From contig OZ024751.1 in assembly GCA_964016885.1 (NCBI GenBank), forward strand, positions 46,376,001 through 46,440,000: 64,000 bases of DNA, written 5' to 3'. This stretch comes from Eledone cirrhosa (lineage: Eukaryota). A program made the translations under genes and the position numbers. Below the pieces are notes generated by a model. The model was not told where the DNA came from and did not search any database. It was given only the letters and a program-made list of their open reading frames with translations. Below, one piece after another: positions 27,501-40,876 of this stretch (the stretch's first letter is position 1; each line of letters opens with the position of its first letter).

Positions 27501-28281
27501 TGGCAGTGAGACCTGGGCATTGTGTGCAGAGGATATACGCAGACTGGAGAGAAACGAAGCTTGCATGCTCCGCTGGATGTGTAATAGTAATATACGTGAA
27601 TGGCAAAGCATAAACGAGCTAAGGGAGAAATTAGGAATAAGAGGGATCAGATGTTGTTCACTTGAGAGAAGACTATGTTGGTATGGTCACGTGATGCACA
27701 TGAAAGACGATAGCTGTATAAAAAAGTGTAGGGCGATAAAAATAGACGGTAGCCACGGAGTAGGCAGACCCAGAAAAACCTGGGACGACTTGATAAATTC
27801 CGACCTCACACACTTACACCTCTCCAAGACAATGTCACTGGACCAAGATCTTTGGCGCTACACAGTCATACAGAAGACCCGCCTTGCCTAAGTACAAAGC
27901 GAAACCTACAGTCAGTAGGCACCTCTAACAAAATACACCCCCCCCCGTCCACTACCCCCCCTATCCCCCCCCCCCCCTTAAATGTGAAGTTATGTTGGTA
28001 CCACAACATCCAGTCTGAAACAAATGAGATCGTGTAGGTGTCACGACAAAAAAACACACAGTCCACGCTGTAATGTGGCCGTGTAGGTAACACGGTAAAA
28101 ACCTCCCAGTCCACACTGTAAATGTGGTTGGTGTTAGGAAGGGCATCCAGCCGTAGAAAACCCGCCAGACAGTCCTATACGAGCAGGACAACAAATCTTG
28201 CCTCAAGTGGGAAACCTCCCGTCCAAACCCATGCAAGGGTGGAAGATGACCGTTAAACGATGATGATGATGATGATGATGA
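24570..28281 (+). mobile_element. Near full-length RTE-clade LINE (APE endonuclease, RT, PHD-type finger), disrupted
   Basis: APE motifs GTMNVGTL, CIQETRW, SAYAPQ, GDLNGH, QIDYIL. RT motifs FVDLEKAFD, QGSVLSP, YADD. (GAT)n tail. Frameshifts near 25245 and 26260. The 5' boundary is approximate. Confidence 0.95.
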
Positions 28282-28961
28282 TATATATATAAACAGAAAA
28301 AATGAAACGGAATTTCATTTCTCACTCTTAGTAAGGCTGTTACTTAAATATAAGTATGTATACGTACATACATATATGTATACAGACGTACAGTAGTATG
28401 TATATATACATGCACCCATATATCTATGTACGTATGGATTCACCGAACATTTATTATAGTGCTCGGTGTGTTTGTAAACAAACGTCCCATATTAAACCGT
28501 AGTGTCTAGCAACCATCATTGCTCGTTTGTTCAACACTGACGAAGGAACGCTGTACTAGTTTCAAGCTTATTAGCTATCGTCAGCAACATATAACTTCCT
28601 GCCAATCGTTGGTGTCACCTTTATATATATGCATATATACATATATATATATGTATATGGGATAGCAAGTTATCGTTTTAGGTAATCCAGTTAGAGGCTG
28701 TGAGTACTCTGTAATATGGATAGTTTTAACATATGGCGTTGTTTGACTCAATAGTAGCGAGTTTGCGAGAATTCCCATGCAGAAATAATAATTCCCAGTG
28801 AAGAATAACATGGTCAGCTGTACATGTTGCGTCACTCGACCTTAAATACAATGTGTATCGGAATACTGATTTGATCAGAGACACACACTGTATTTAAGGT
28901 AGAGTGATGCACTTTTGAGTGATCAGTAACCTTTAGACACACCTGGTCAATGAAACAATTG

Positions 28962-28999
<38 letters not shown>

Positions 29000-29042
29000 T
29001 GACACCAACGATTTTCTCAGATCATAACTTATATATATACAT

Positions 29043-29488
29043 ATCATCATCATCATCACTGTTTTCATCTCCGTTCTTCCACACTAGCATGGGTTAGATG
29101 GGTTGTCCTGTTGTGGGCAGTGTCCGGTCAGCTGACCTTGTCTTGCTCATACGGGAACTGATTCTGGCTTGATTTCTACACCTGGATGCCCTTCCTAACA
29201 CCAACCTCATTTACAGTGAGTGCTGGGTGCTTTTTTTCCGTGGCGCCTACATGTCCACTTTACAGTGTGGGATGGGTGCTTTTTTGCCATGGCACCTCCA
29301 CTACCACTTTGCAGTGGAATGATATGGACCCCAGTCCCTATCATCTCATTTCTACAGCTGAGTAAACTGGAGCAATGTGAAATAAAGTGTTTTGCTCAAG
29401 GAAACAACACATCACCCGGTCTGAGAATTGAACTCACAACCTTTCGATTGCAAGCCCAATGCTCTAACCACTAAGCCATGCGCCTTCA
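29043..29488 (-). mobile_element. Full-length tRNA/CORE SINE with an RTE-derived tail
   Basis: Minus strand: GGCGCATGGCTTAGTGG head, CORE-like motif, tail shared with RTE 3' UTRs, (GAT)n end. Confidence 0.85.
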
Positions 29489-29755
29489 CACATATATATA
29501 TATATATAGTAATAATAATATTAAATGTGAAGACTAAAATCCGAAGAGGGCTCGATAACGATAATATATATATAAAAATATATAAAAACTGTAGAGCAAA
29601 TATTTCTTCTTCTTCTTCTTCTTCTTCTTCTCCCCCCTCTCTCAAACATTGTTTGCTCTTTATGATCTTGAGACAACCACTCTCACAACATCTTCCATTA
29701 CCAGCCAAAATTATGTCTGTTATATATTATAAGCTTCTATTTTGTTATATTTCAG

Positions 29756-29767
29756 GATTTCAGACAG
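29756..29767 (+). CDS. 12-nt microexon (GATTTCAGACAG, DFRQ)
   Basis: cttctattttgttatatttcag| acceptor and |gtatgt donor. Phase 0-0, in frame with the flanking exons. Confidence 0.65.
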
Positions 29768-30027
29768 GTATGTATTGTTTCGTCTTCTATATGCTCATCC
29801 TATATTTAACTATAAATCTATGGAGAACATTTGATAACATAGATCTTAAGATAACTAGTTTATAGTTCAATGCTAACACACCATATATATAGTGAACAAT
29901 AATTATGCAAGAACATATAGGCATCTTTCTGTCATTGTTGACCTTGTGTTTGCACCTGTAAAGTCTGGCTTCTAGACACAAGCTGTGACAATGTGTTTTT
30001 GTAGGAGACTAGCTGTGGCCGGAACTA

Positions 30028-30440
30028 TCTTACTATATAGTTATGTTTCAGGGGGTGTTATGCACATAAAAAATTCAACTTTTTGATCCCCTTGGGCCCG
30101 CATTAGGTGAAAAACTGCATTTTTTCAGGTTTTTAGGGGTTTTTTGAGGCGTTATGTCAGACCCATTTCCTTGAAATTGTAACTATGTATTAGTCAGTCT
30201 CTTCTTCATACTGTGAGCAAAGAAAATCCAACTTTTTTATGGCCTAGGGCCCCGCATTAGGTGAAAACCTGCATTTTTCCTGCTTCAACGAGTAGAATCT
30301 TAAAGATTATCCAGCCATCAGAGTATTCGGTTTAGTTTCTTTACATATTGTCGAGGCATGCAGTTTTTTCACGATTAGGTCTGTTGGCGGCCCGCATTTC
30401 AAAATACCTTGTCCCGTGCAACGCCGGGTACCACTGCTAG
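30028..30440 (+). mobile_element. Non-autonomous Helitron
   Basis: A|TC 5' end (TCTTACTATATA), subterminal hairpin CCCGTGCAACGCCGGG, 3' CTAG|T, no TSD. Internal direct repeat CCCGCATTAGGTGAAAA. Confidence 0.8.
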
Positions 30441-31476
30441 TTTAACATAAACTAGTTGTTCTCAACCATTCTACTACCAAGGATACTTTTAATTTAAATG
30501 AATTTTGCTCTGACATCTTACTTCCTACACCTAACAACATAAGCGAATGTTCATATTTAAAGGAGCATGGATTCCCATTAGCATGTAAATTTTTTATTTC
30601 TTTGTTCACCTCAAACAAGGCAATTGAAATTTCGAATCTAACTATTTTGTGAACTGCTGCATTGAAAACTGCTTTTTTATATTATCTTTCACAAATTTGA
30701 TTATAGTTCATCAACTGCTGCTTGTATACCACTCATACACTTTTTTCATGCTTACCTTCTACAAACTTACTGAGTGCTCACTGCTTATTCTCATTTCCCT
30801 AAATGTTAACCCTTTTGATGCCATATTCTAATGAAAATAATCGAGAGAGAATTTGAAGGGATTTCATAATATGTCTACTTAGCTTTCTCATTACTGATGT
30901 TTGGCGCATAATTCAACATATTGCACAATTGCACCTCTCAAAGGTGATGACTCAAGATCGAGATCTCTGGTGTTGTGCAGTAATACAGAAGACCCACCTT
31001 CCCATGTGCATGGGTTGAAGCAAACATCTTGTATGCATTACATTCCCCCTTCAATACACTCCTTGTCCTAACACCCCACTCTTCATCCACATCTCTCCCT
31101 CTGCATTGCACCTTCAATGTTCTAACATTCCTGACATGTCCTTACACACCAACCCTTCTCCAGGTAAGTGCCTCACCCTAGATCTACTTCACCAATACCC
31201 ATCTACCTCCTCCACCCCAGACCCCAATCCACACTGTAAAGTGGTTGTGTAGATGTCACAACAAAAAGGGCTCTGTCCACACTGTAAATGTGGTTGTGTA
31301 GATGTCATGACAAAAAGGGCCCTGTCCACACTGTAAATGTGGTTGGCATCCAGCCATATAAACCAAGCTAGAAACAGTTCTGTATGAGTAAAACACTCGA
31401 CCATGAAACGGGTTGTACTGGGCTACATGATACCAGTAGCAGGTAGAGGCTTGACCTGACAATATATATATATATT

Positions 31477-31513
<37 letters not shown>

Positions 31514-31544
31514 ATATTTATATATATATTTATTTATATAAGAA

Positions 31545-33936
31545 TGTACCCCACAGCATAGGTTAGTTGTTAGTGATATCTCAGTAAGCAAGAGATGGAA
31601 TGAGACATATAGGAAGGTGTGGAGAAGAAAGGTTTGGAAGCTAAAAGACCTTTCACTAAAATTCAAATTTAGGAAAGCCCTTCAAGATGTATATGACGAA
31701 AAAGAAGACGATTTAGAGACGTATGACATAGATAATAACTGGAAGTTCTTACGTGACAACTTGCTGCAGGCTACTGATGAAACCTGTGGCTGGAGCAGAG
31801 CTACAACCAGACAGAGAGTGACCTGGTGGTGGAACAGCACAGTAGATAAGGCTATTAGAGACAAAAGACTAGCATGGAAGGCTTGGAAAAAGGGTGGGAG
31901 TAGGGAAGAATATACAGCCACTAAGAGAGAAGCTAGACGTCAGGTGTACTTAGCACGCAGGGAGGCAGAGAGTAGGAGGTTTGCCAATGTTCTGCGACGG
32001 GAAGATCAGAGGCGTGCGGTGTTCCACATTGCAAGGCAGTGTGTCAATGCAAATCAGGATGTTGTTGGAGATAAATGTGTCCGGGATGATGCCGGTGTAC
32101 TTAGTGTCTCGAATGACCAGAAAAAAGGAGGCCTGGAAATGTCATTATGAGAGACTGATGAATGTGGAGAACGAATGGGAGAGAGAGAAATTACCCTTGG
32201 TAGATCCGACAGAGGGACCAGCTATTGAGATTGACGAATATAGGGTCCAAGAGGCGATTAGGGAAATGAAAAATGGTAAGGCGGCCGGACCATCGGGAAT
32301 AGTTGCTGAGATGCTGAAGGCATCAGGGGACGTAGGCACTAAACTGGTTGCATGCATCATCAATCAGGCTATATATGGTGGTGTCATACCCAAAGACTGG
32401 TGCAGCAGTATTCTCATAAATTGCTACAAAGGTAAAGGGGATGCTTTGGAGAGGAGCAATTATAGGGGTATAAAACTGATAGATCAGGTTATGAAAGTGG
32501 CAGAAAGGATTTTAGCACAACTAATTAGAGAAAGGGTCAAACTAGATGAGATGCAGTTTGGTTTTGTGCCTGGGAAGAGTACAACAGATGCCCTCTTCTT
32601 GGTGAGACAAATGCAAGAGAGGTTCTTAGAGAAGAATAAGCCACTATACTTAGCCTTTGTTGACCTAGAGAAGGCCTTTGATAGGGTACCCCGATCTGTC
32701 ATCTGGTGGTCCCTAAGGAAGCTAGGTGTTGAGGAATGGCTTGTGAGGACAGTGCAAACTTTGTACAGAGGTACTCTCAGTAAAGTCAGGGTAGGAATGG
32801 AGTTTAGTGAGGAATTCCAGATACAAGTAGGAGTACATCAGGGTTCGGTCCTCAGCCCGCTCTTGTTCATTATAGTCCTCCAAGCCATAACAGAGGAGTT
32901 TAAGACTGGCTGTCCATGGGAACTTCTCTATGCTGACGATCTGGCTCTTATAGCAGAATCAGTAGAGGAGCTAGAGAATAAATTCCGGCTATGGAAACAG
33001 CAGTTGGAAGCAAGAGGACTGAGAGTAAATCTAGTTAAGACAAAAGTGTTGATGAGTAGAAAAGAGGACAAAACCCTGATTCCGTCAGGGAAATAGCCAT
33101 GTTCGATATGCAGAAAAGGAACTGGCATAAATTCTATAAAATGCACACAATGCAGGTCCTGGGTACACAAGAGATGTAGTGGGATAGCAGGCAAACTAAC
33201 AGGTAGGGAGAAATATGTATGCAGTAGATGTACAGGGAAATTAGACAGTAGAAGTCGCACTGATAGACACATTTTTCAAATGCGAGAGGGCGCTATAGAA
33301 GTGGTGGATAGCTTCTGGTACCTAGGAGATCAGATTAGCATGGGAGGAGGGTGTTCTGAGGCCATAGTATCTAGAATAAGGACGGGTTGGAAGAAGTTTA
33401 GGGAGCTGCTTCCTCTGTTGACGAAGAAGGGTTTCTCCCTGCGTACGAAAGGCCGGTTGTATGATGCCTGTGTGAGGAGCACGATGCTGCATGGTAGTGA
33501 GACATGGGCAGCAACCGCAGAGGATATGCGACGGCTGGAGAGAAATGAGGCAAGCATGCTCCGTTGGATGTGCAGTGTAAATGTGCGTGAACGACCCAGC
33601 ATAAATGTGTTGAGAGAGAAACTGTGTCTGAGAGGGATAGAATGTAATGTACGGGAGAGGAGACTGAGGTGGTATGGACATGTAATGCGCATGGAGGATG
33701 ACCGATGGGTGAAGAAGTGCCAGGAAATGCTAGTTGAAGGAAGACGTGGTAGAGGTAGACCACGAAAAACATGGGCGGAGGTGGTGAGAACAGACCTCAG
33801 ATCATTGAAGCTCACGGTGGAGATGTCGAGGGACCGTGACGAGTGGAGAGATGCTGTGCTGAATAAGAACCGTCCCACCCTTGCAAGCAGGGAAAAGCGG
33901 ACGTAAAATGATGATGATTATGATGATGATGATGAT
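31545..33936 (+). mobile_element. 5'-truncated RTE LINE, second subfamily (RT plus PHD-type finger)
   Basis: FVDLEKAFD, QGSVLSP, YADD. Frameshift near 32125, TAG stop at 33094, (GAT)n tail. Confidence 0.95.
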
Positions 33937-33974
33937 TTATATATATATATATAAATACTAATAATTATAATAAT

Positions 33975-34200
33975 GGTTTCTTATATAGGCACAAGGCCAG
34001 TAATTTGAGGGGAGGGGAAAGTCGATTAAATCGACCCCAGTGCGTGACTAGTACTTTATTTTATCGACCCCGTAAGGATGAAAGGCAAAGTTAACCTCGG
34101 CGGGATTTGAGCTCAGATCATAAAGGGCCGTAACTCTATGCTGCAAAGCATGGCCTCCGACCCTCTACTGATACTGCCAATCCACCGATACTGCCAATTG
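33975..34200 (-). mobile_element. tRNA-derived SINE (Meta-domain-like family)
   Basis: Reverse complement of CTTTGCCTTTCATCCTTACGGGGTCGATAAAATAAAGTAC plus a tRNA-like head. Confidence 0.8.
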
Positions 34201-34309
34201 TGTACAGTGCTCAGATGCACAACTCAGCAAAAGTGTATAATTACTACATAGAATAATGTACAACAGTCATGATACACACACACGCACACACATATGCATG
34301 TGTATGGAA

Positions 34310-35200
34310 AGGGAAAATCAGGGGTAGTGTTGGTGAATTTCGAGAAGCATGGAAATTTTGAAGGATCCAGTGTCCGACAGCTAACCACCGATGCAGGTAG
34401 TTTGTTTCATGCTTCAGCAACTCTAAGTGTGATGAAATGTTTCCGAAAGTCATGCGAGCTGTACTGTTTTCTGACTTTGTAGGCATGTCCACGGGTGTTA
34501 GACATATGGAATTCAAAAAGGTGACCAAGTTATTGGCAAGATGATTAATAATCTTATGGGTGTCTACCAAGTCAGTTGCCAGACATCGGAGCTTTAATGT
34601 ATCCATGCCCAAGGAAGCAAAGTATTCAGAGTATGGTCGATGCCTGATAGATGGTATTCATTTGGCTTCAAGTTTCTGAACAGTTTCCAGGAGATCAATA
34701 TTCTGAGCAAGATAGGAATTCCAGACTGGTGATGCAAATTCTATAGCATAATAGCTATATACAGCTTTAAATAGATAGCAGGAGAGTGGCTAACAAAGGG
34801 CTTACTGAGTGATGTTAAGGCACACTCAGCCTTTTTGACAATTTTAGATATGTGTTTTGTCCAACACAAATCACTATTGACAATAATGCCCAGGTTACAA
34901 TCACAAGAAGACTTCTTTAGATTGGTGTTGTTTGAGGAAGTATGTGGAAGCTGGGTTTTTCCTCCCAAATAGCATGTCCACAGCCAGCTTGAGTTGCCAG
35001 TCCCATAATCTATTGCTGCATTGTGCCCAGGTCTGATTGCAGGAAAGATCTATAACATAGAGGATCTGTTTTTTTATCAGCACTGTTACATTCTTCATTT
35101 TGGCATCTATATTATGAATATATGCAAAAGGGGACCAAGAATAGATCCCTGTGGTGTACCAGTTGTCATCTCATAGGGTGAAGAATGCTGTCCTAGAACC
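34310..35200 (-). mobile_element. CR1-clade LINE 3' fragment
   Basis: Minus strand GTPQGSILGP ... TLKLRCLATDLVDTHKI ... TRGHAYK ... WNKLP-like motifs, decayed. Confidence 0.8.
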
Positions 35201-35249
35201 ATATGTATGTATGGATATTATCTCTTTATCTTAATTTCGAGTATATTTT

Positions 35250-37075
35250 TGACCGGCCAACTTCCTGGTGGCAAGGTTGTAAAAGAAAAGAAATTGTCAT
35301 CTCTTGAATCGCAAGAATGTTTTGCAAATTTTGAAGGTGCCAGCTATCGCAGCCATTTGTAGACTATGAATTAGGGAGCTACGCTCTTTGTCCGCAAATC
35401 CAAGTTCAGTTATTCATTGTTCCAAGCGGGTTGGTATATAACCCGTAGCTCCAATAGTGATGGGTATGAAGATAGAGGTGTATCTTGGATACTGTATTTG
35501 TAAACTCCTCATCAATGGTCCGTAGATGTCCCCCTTCTCCTGTATTTTTCTGACAACGTTTACATCAAGTGGGCAGCTGATCCCCACAACAGAACATGTT
35601 TTCAATGTGTGGTCCCAAACAACAATATCAGGCCGGTTGTGCTTTAATTTGGTGGCAGTTTTTATTTTCAGGTTCCACCAGTATTCCTTAGTGCCATCTG
35701 TCTCAATATATTCTTCCTCGTTTGTTGTTAATTTTGTTTTCCGAAGTGCGTTCCAGATGGTTCTAGCTATGCCATCGTGTCTCATGGGGAGGTAGTAGTG
35801 AGATGACATTCTTTCGCAGCTGGCAACAATGTGGCTTACATCTTCGATCTTTGTTTTACATAGCCTACATTTATTGTCAGCTGCTGGCCCTCCTCTTTTG
35901 TGCAGCAGATATTTGGTAGGGAGTTCTTGTTCTTGTATTGCATAGAGATATCCCCCAAGATGTCATAAACTTGTCGGAACTCCATGCCAGGCTTTTTGAG
36001 TGGTTTATCCCCTCTATGGCCTGTGTTTTATGTCTCAAGTATCCATGCACCACTTTTTCTGTAAATTGGTCAATTTTTTCATCTTGTTTGAACATTGAAT
36101 AAGATCATCCGATTTCTCTGGGTGAGAGATTTATATCAGGCTTTATTCCATATCTCTCCTCCAGATCAGTGGCTATCCTAATGATATTCTTTTTTTCATG
36201 CTCATAAACCTGGGCAAGATGGTTGCCAACCTTTTTCCTCTGTTGAAGATGTTGCTTCAGTGTTACTATCCGGGTCTCATATGATGTTAATATGGATTTT
36301 AGACCCCGGCCACCTTCCTTGCGTGAGAAGTATAGCCTATCCACATCACCATTGATGTTAAAGTTCCCAGTAACACCGAGAAGTTTGCGAGTTCTAACAT
36401 CCATCTCACTTAGTTCTTGCAATGACCAGTTCAGCAGGCCAAATGTTGGCGTTAGAATTGACACAGCATAAGTATTGTGGGCAATGTACTTGTACGCTGA
36501 CAGTTCTGATGACCATATTTTCTTTACTCTTCTGAGGTATTCAGTTCTCGTTCTCTCCTTATTTATGGGTCCATCATATCTGACATTCTCATCCTGTCCA
36601 AGATATCTGTAGTTGTCACCTGACTGTAGAGGTTGTATTGTCAGGCCGTTCATCTCTAGATTTCTAGAGGAGGGCACAGCTCTTCCACGTTTTACTGCCA
36701 AATATGCACACTTGGACTCACCAAATTTCATTTTGATGTCTGTTGAAAATTGTGTAATGAGGTCCAATTATTTCTTGATGTCATTGATATTTGGCCCATA
36801 CAACTTCAGGTCATCAACAAAGAAAAGAAAGGAGATACTTCTGGACCCACTTCTTTGTCCACCTTGTTTCCTGAGTAAGTAAGATAGTGGATTTAGTGAG
36901 AGAACGAAGAGTAGCACTGACAAGTTATCACTCAGAAAGATGCCCTTCTGGTAACGTAGCTTAGCAGTCTTAATCTGCTCCTTCTCACCTCTAAGGATCA
37001 AATTGGTGTACCAGTTCTTGGTCAGACGTTCAACAGCAGTTACCAGTGGTTGTGGGACTTTGGCTAACTGTAAAG
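35250..37075 (-). mobile_element. R4/Dong-like non-LTR retrotransposon fragment (RT, CCHC knuckle, restriction-like endonuclease)
   Basis: GIFLSDNLSVLLF, FFVDDLKLY, YRYLG, GGRGL, CRLC..H...C, RHD, NRPDIVVWD, PITIGATG. Confidence 0.88.
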
Positions 37076-37559
37076 CCTTAACAATGTATGTATGTATGTA
37101 TGTTTGTATGTATGTATGTTTGTATGTTTGTATGTATGTATGTATGTATGCATGTTTGTTTGTATGTATGTTTGTATGTTTGTATGTATGTGTGTGTATG
37201 ATGTATGTAAGTATGTACCATACATTTTGACATGAGAGATGATGTAGGTTTGGTATGTATGTACGTATGTATGTATGTATGTATGTATGTATGTATGTAT
37301 GTATGTATGTATGTACGTATGTATGTACGTATGCATGTTCTTTTGGTTTTATAATTTCATAGATTTCACGATAGAGAGAGAGAGTTGGTTTCTAACATAG
37401 ATACAAGATTCTCTCATTGGAATTTACACAATATCAACTAGGTAGATATGTCTGCATGTCTGCATGCATGTGTGTGCAGGTATGGATGTTATTGTATGTG
37501 TGGATGTGGATGTTTTGAGTTGTATGTGTGCATGTGTATATATCTGTACATGTGTATAT

Positions 37560-37905
37560 GCAGTTATTAGATGCAGAATTTTTGGAATCTTTTACATATT
37601 TTTACTGTTCCATTAATGTATTGTACTTGTAATTTCCTAACTAGTCGTGTTCTTTCTGTTTCTGTAAAGCCCAGCTTCTCAAGATTTGTATTGAGGCAGT
37701 TACTAACATATCCCAGTGCCCCAATAATCACAGGCATAAATCTGAAGGTATAGTCAGGGTGGAGTATCTGCAGATTTTTTATTAGTTCTGCATAGATATT
37801 CTCCTTTTTGCTAATCTGTGATATTATATTGGCATCTGACTTCCACTACTGTGCATGCCTTCTTTTCCCTGTCCCATATCATTAAATCTGGTCTGTTATG
37901 CCTTC
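37560..37905 (-). mobile_element. Second R4/Dong-like endonuclease-domain fragment
   Basis: Minus strand RHNRPDLMIWD ... PVIIGALGY ... GTVKICKRF. Confidence 0.75.
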
Positions 37906-38680
37906 ATATATACAGGCCTAGACAGGGATAGGCTTCACCAGTTTTAAAATGCCCAAGAAATGCTGTATCTCAATATGGTGCCCCTACAACCCTGTCAAAA
38001 GTTACAGGACCGTACACACACACACACACCCACACACACACACATATATATATATGCATACACACACACACACTCATACATAAACATACACATACACACT
38101 CATATGAAGACATACATAATTGCACATGCAGATACACAAAAACTATACAAGGATATGAATAATTACTGAAATACAGGTATTTATATTTTAAATATGTTAC
38201 CTTTTCGAATTAGATATATACATATATATAATGTGGTTGGTGTTAGGAAGGGCATCCAGCTGTAGAAAACTTGCCAGATACAGTTCTATATGAGCAACAT
38301 ATGGTCAACCGAACAATCTTGCCTCAAGTGGGACAATTACCATCTAACCCATGCCAGCATGGAAGATTTTGTTTTGGTCATGTCAGGGAAGAAGCAGTAC
38401 TCTCCACGCTTCACCAGTTGCGGATTGTTGAGAGAGAAAGAGTACGTCTGTGGTGCTCATGCTTAAGTGTCAAGACATGGCATTACTCAAAACTGACTTG
38501 CAACTATCATGTTCATATATGTGTGTGTGTATGTATGATTATGTGTATGTTCGTGTGTATGTATGTATATATGTCAGTATACTGTATATATATGAGTGTG
38601 TGTGCATAACATTTTGAAAATGTATATATTTGGCTGTATTGTTTTCTCATTTATTTGGCTATTTTGTTTTCTCATTTCAG

Positions 38681-38692
38681 TTAAACAAATAC
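38681..38692 (+). CDS. 12-nt microexon, copy 1 (TTAAACAAATAC, LNKY)
   Basis: ttttgttttctcatttcag| acceptor after an ~80-nt AG-free zone, |gtaagt donor, phase 0-0. Confidence 0.75.
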
Positions 38693-39892
38693 GTAAGTAT
38701 ACATGTTCTTTTAATATTTTCCCCCCAAAAAATCGTTTTGGTGTGTAGAGGAAAGTATGAAAGATGAGGATCACCGTGGCAGAATGAATTTATTTCCATG
38801 CAGACCTGCCAACCTCTAAAAACCCAAACTGGGAGTACCATGAAAAAATTCTAGAAATGTAGCAAAAAGGGGAGATTTTACACAATGAAAGCTATCCCCT
38901 TTTTCACAAGAGAAGACATTTCAGACTCTCCTCAAAGTGGATGGGAATCTCCCTGCTGGACGGGGAGAGTTGACAAGGTTGTAATTGAACAATAAACAGT
39001 AAATTACAAATTTCTATTTCTACACAATGAAGCACAATAAACTGTAGAACTGTCAAACTTTTGAACTGAAGTGAGCATGGAACAATAATTCCACTGAACA
39101 TAATTCTGTGGTGCCAGAAAAAATTGAGTACTCCTCAATCTATCGGAGTGTAATTTGAACCTGTTGGAAAAAATTGTGTACCTCTGTTTAGACAAAACAT
39201 AATATATAGGCAATAAACACAAGCACACTTGAAACACGTGATTGTGATATGATTGGCTGTCATTAAATAATTAAACAAATACACAGTACTTGTTAGATAA
39301 TACTCAATACAAGTTCAATATGTGACACTAGGTATCAGCAAGAATCTTGTCACACTGCCAATACACCTTAATTTCTTTCTTGTCACTAATCTATGGGCCC
39401 TATGACTCCCGATGGAAGTCATAGAATCTCTATTGTGGTACGCAGCTTGTGTCTTGCACATTTTTGGATTTCGTACAGCCTATCCCTCTCTGTGTCTGAA
39501 CACAGATGATTACTTCCAGAGAAAGAAGAGAATAGGAAAAGAGAGAGAGAGAAAGAAGTAGAGAGAGAGTGTGAAAGAGAGAGCGAAATAAATATATATA
39601 TCTCCCTCTTTTACTCATCCATTACTGGTGCCATAGCAAATATCATTGTCCTTCTTAACCTCTCCAGCACTGCTATGTGAATTACTCTCGTCTAAAACCT
39701 GGTGTCATCTTCAAGGACATCTTTCAGTGTGATGTTTTCTCTCTCAAGTCATCTGCATACATCTGGTTTCAAGAGAAAATCTCTGCCAGGAGTTTCATTG
39801 TTGTTTCATTTCCTCCTAGGCAACATGCTAAAGAGAATTTGTGTTTTATATTTCTGTATATATCTTGTTATTTCCTGAACTATATATATATG

Positions 39893-39965
<73 letters not shown>

Positions 39966-40831
39966 TTCAATGAAAACAGAAAGCTGGATTCTAAAATTCC
40001 ATTAATATTGCAATAATTACTATACGTATTTCTATGGCTTGCTTACATAATTAGATCATGACACAAAATATTTGGCAACATCATCAGATGTAAATTGCAA
40101 AAATTAAGTAACCAATGAATGGATTATAGCAAACATAAACAGAGAATAGAATTGATTCGGAGACGGCCTGTCATTCATTGTTTCTGTTATGACGAACCAC
40201 CTCCGGATGTGGGTCAGCATGTAAATAGTTGCTCACTTCCTTCTATCAAGCTAGTACCATAAATAGTAAACTACTAAAGTAAATATTTTACAGGGATTGC
40301 TATCATTTCTTCATATTTTACTAACACAATGTCTTAAGAGAGGGAGAGAGAGAGAGAGAGTGACTCATTAAAGCTGAAATATTGTTCATTGTTAATAATT
40401 TTATACTTCTTTATTCCTATTCTGCTTTATATTGTAAGTATACATTATTGGATAATATCTTATAGTAATTAGCAACGTTCATGAAAGGGCTCCATATATC
40501 CTAGTTAGTAGACAGTGATTGGAGTGTGGACACTTTAGTTGCCTATCACTCAACCATAAAGCATGTTGTACTGTGTTACAGGGTAGCAGGCATGTATCTG
40601 ACCTGACCATGACCATGATATATATATATATTGTATCGTGAAGTATGAAATTTATAGAAATTTGTAGAAAAAGACAAATATCTACAAATTTCATACTTGA
40701 CAAACCAATATATATATATATATATAGAGAGAGAGATGTAGTTATATTTTGTGTTATTCACTTTCTAATTAAATAGCTCTGTTCTATACATAGAGCACTC
40801 TTTTTTTCCTTTGCTTTTCCTTTGGAATTAC

Positions 40832-40876
<45 letters not shown>

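Noticed and set aside
24691-27891. RTE copy as an active element or domesticated gene
   Set aside because: Two frameshifts and an in-frame deletion inside RT (~26815) relative to the copy at 54075-54120.
23075-28570. Additional hammerheads at CTGATGA (23076) and CTGACGA (28537)
   Set aside because: No properly placed GAAA, stem III or stem I. At best these are decayed remnants.
28605-29013. MITE defined by the inverted 17-mers AATCGTTGGTGTCACCT / AGGTGACACCAACGATT
   Set aside because: The TA runs lie on the inner sides, so these look like ends of two separate truncated elements. Boundaries cannot be supported.
37346-37375. Another microexon resembling DFRQ (ttcatag ATTTCACGATAG)
   Set aside because: Acceptor-like, but no GT donor follows at 12 nt.
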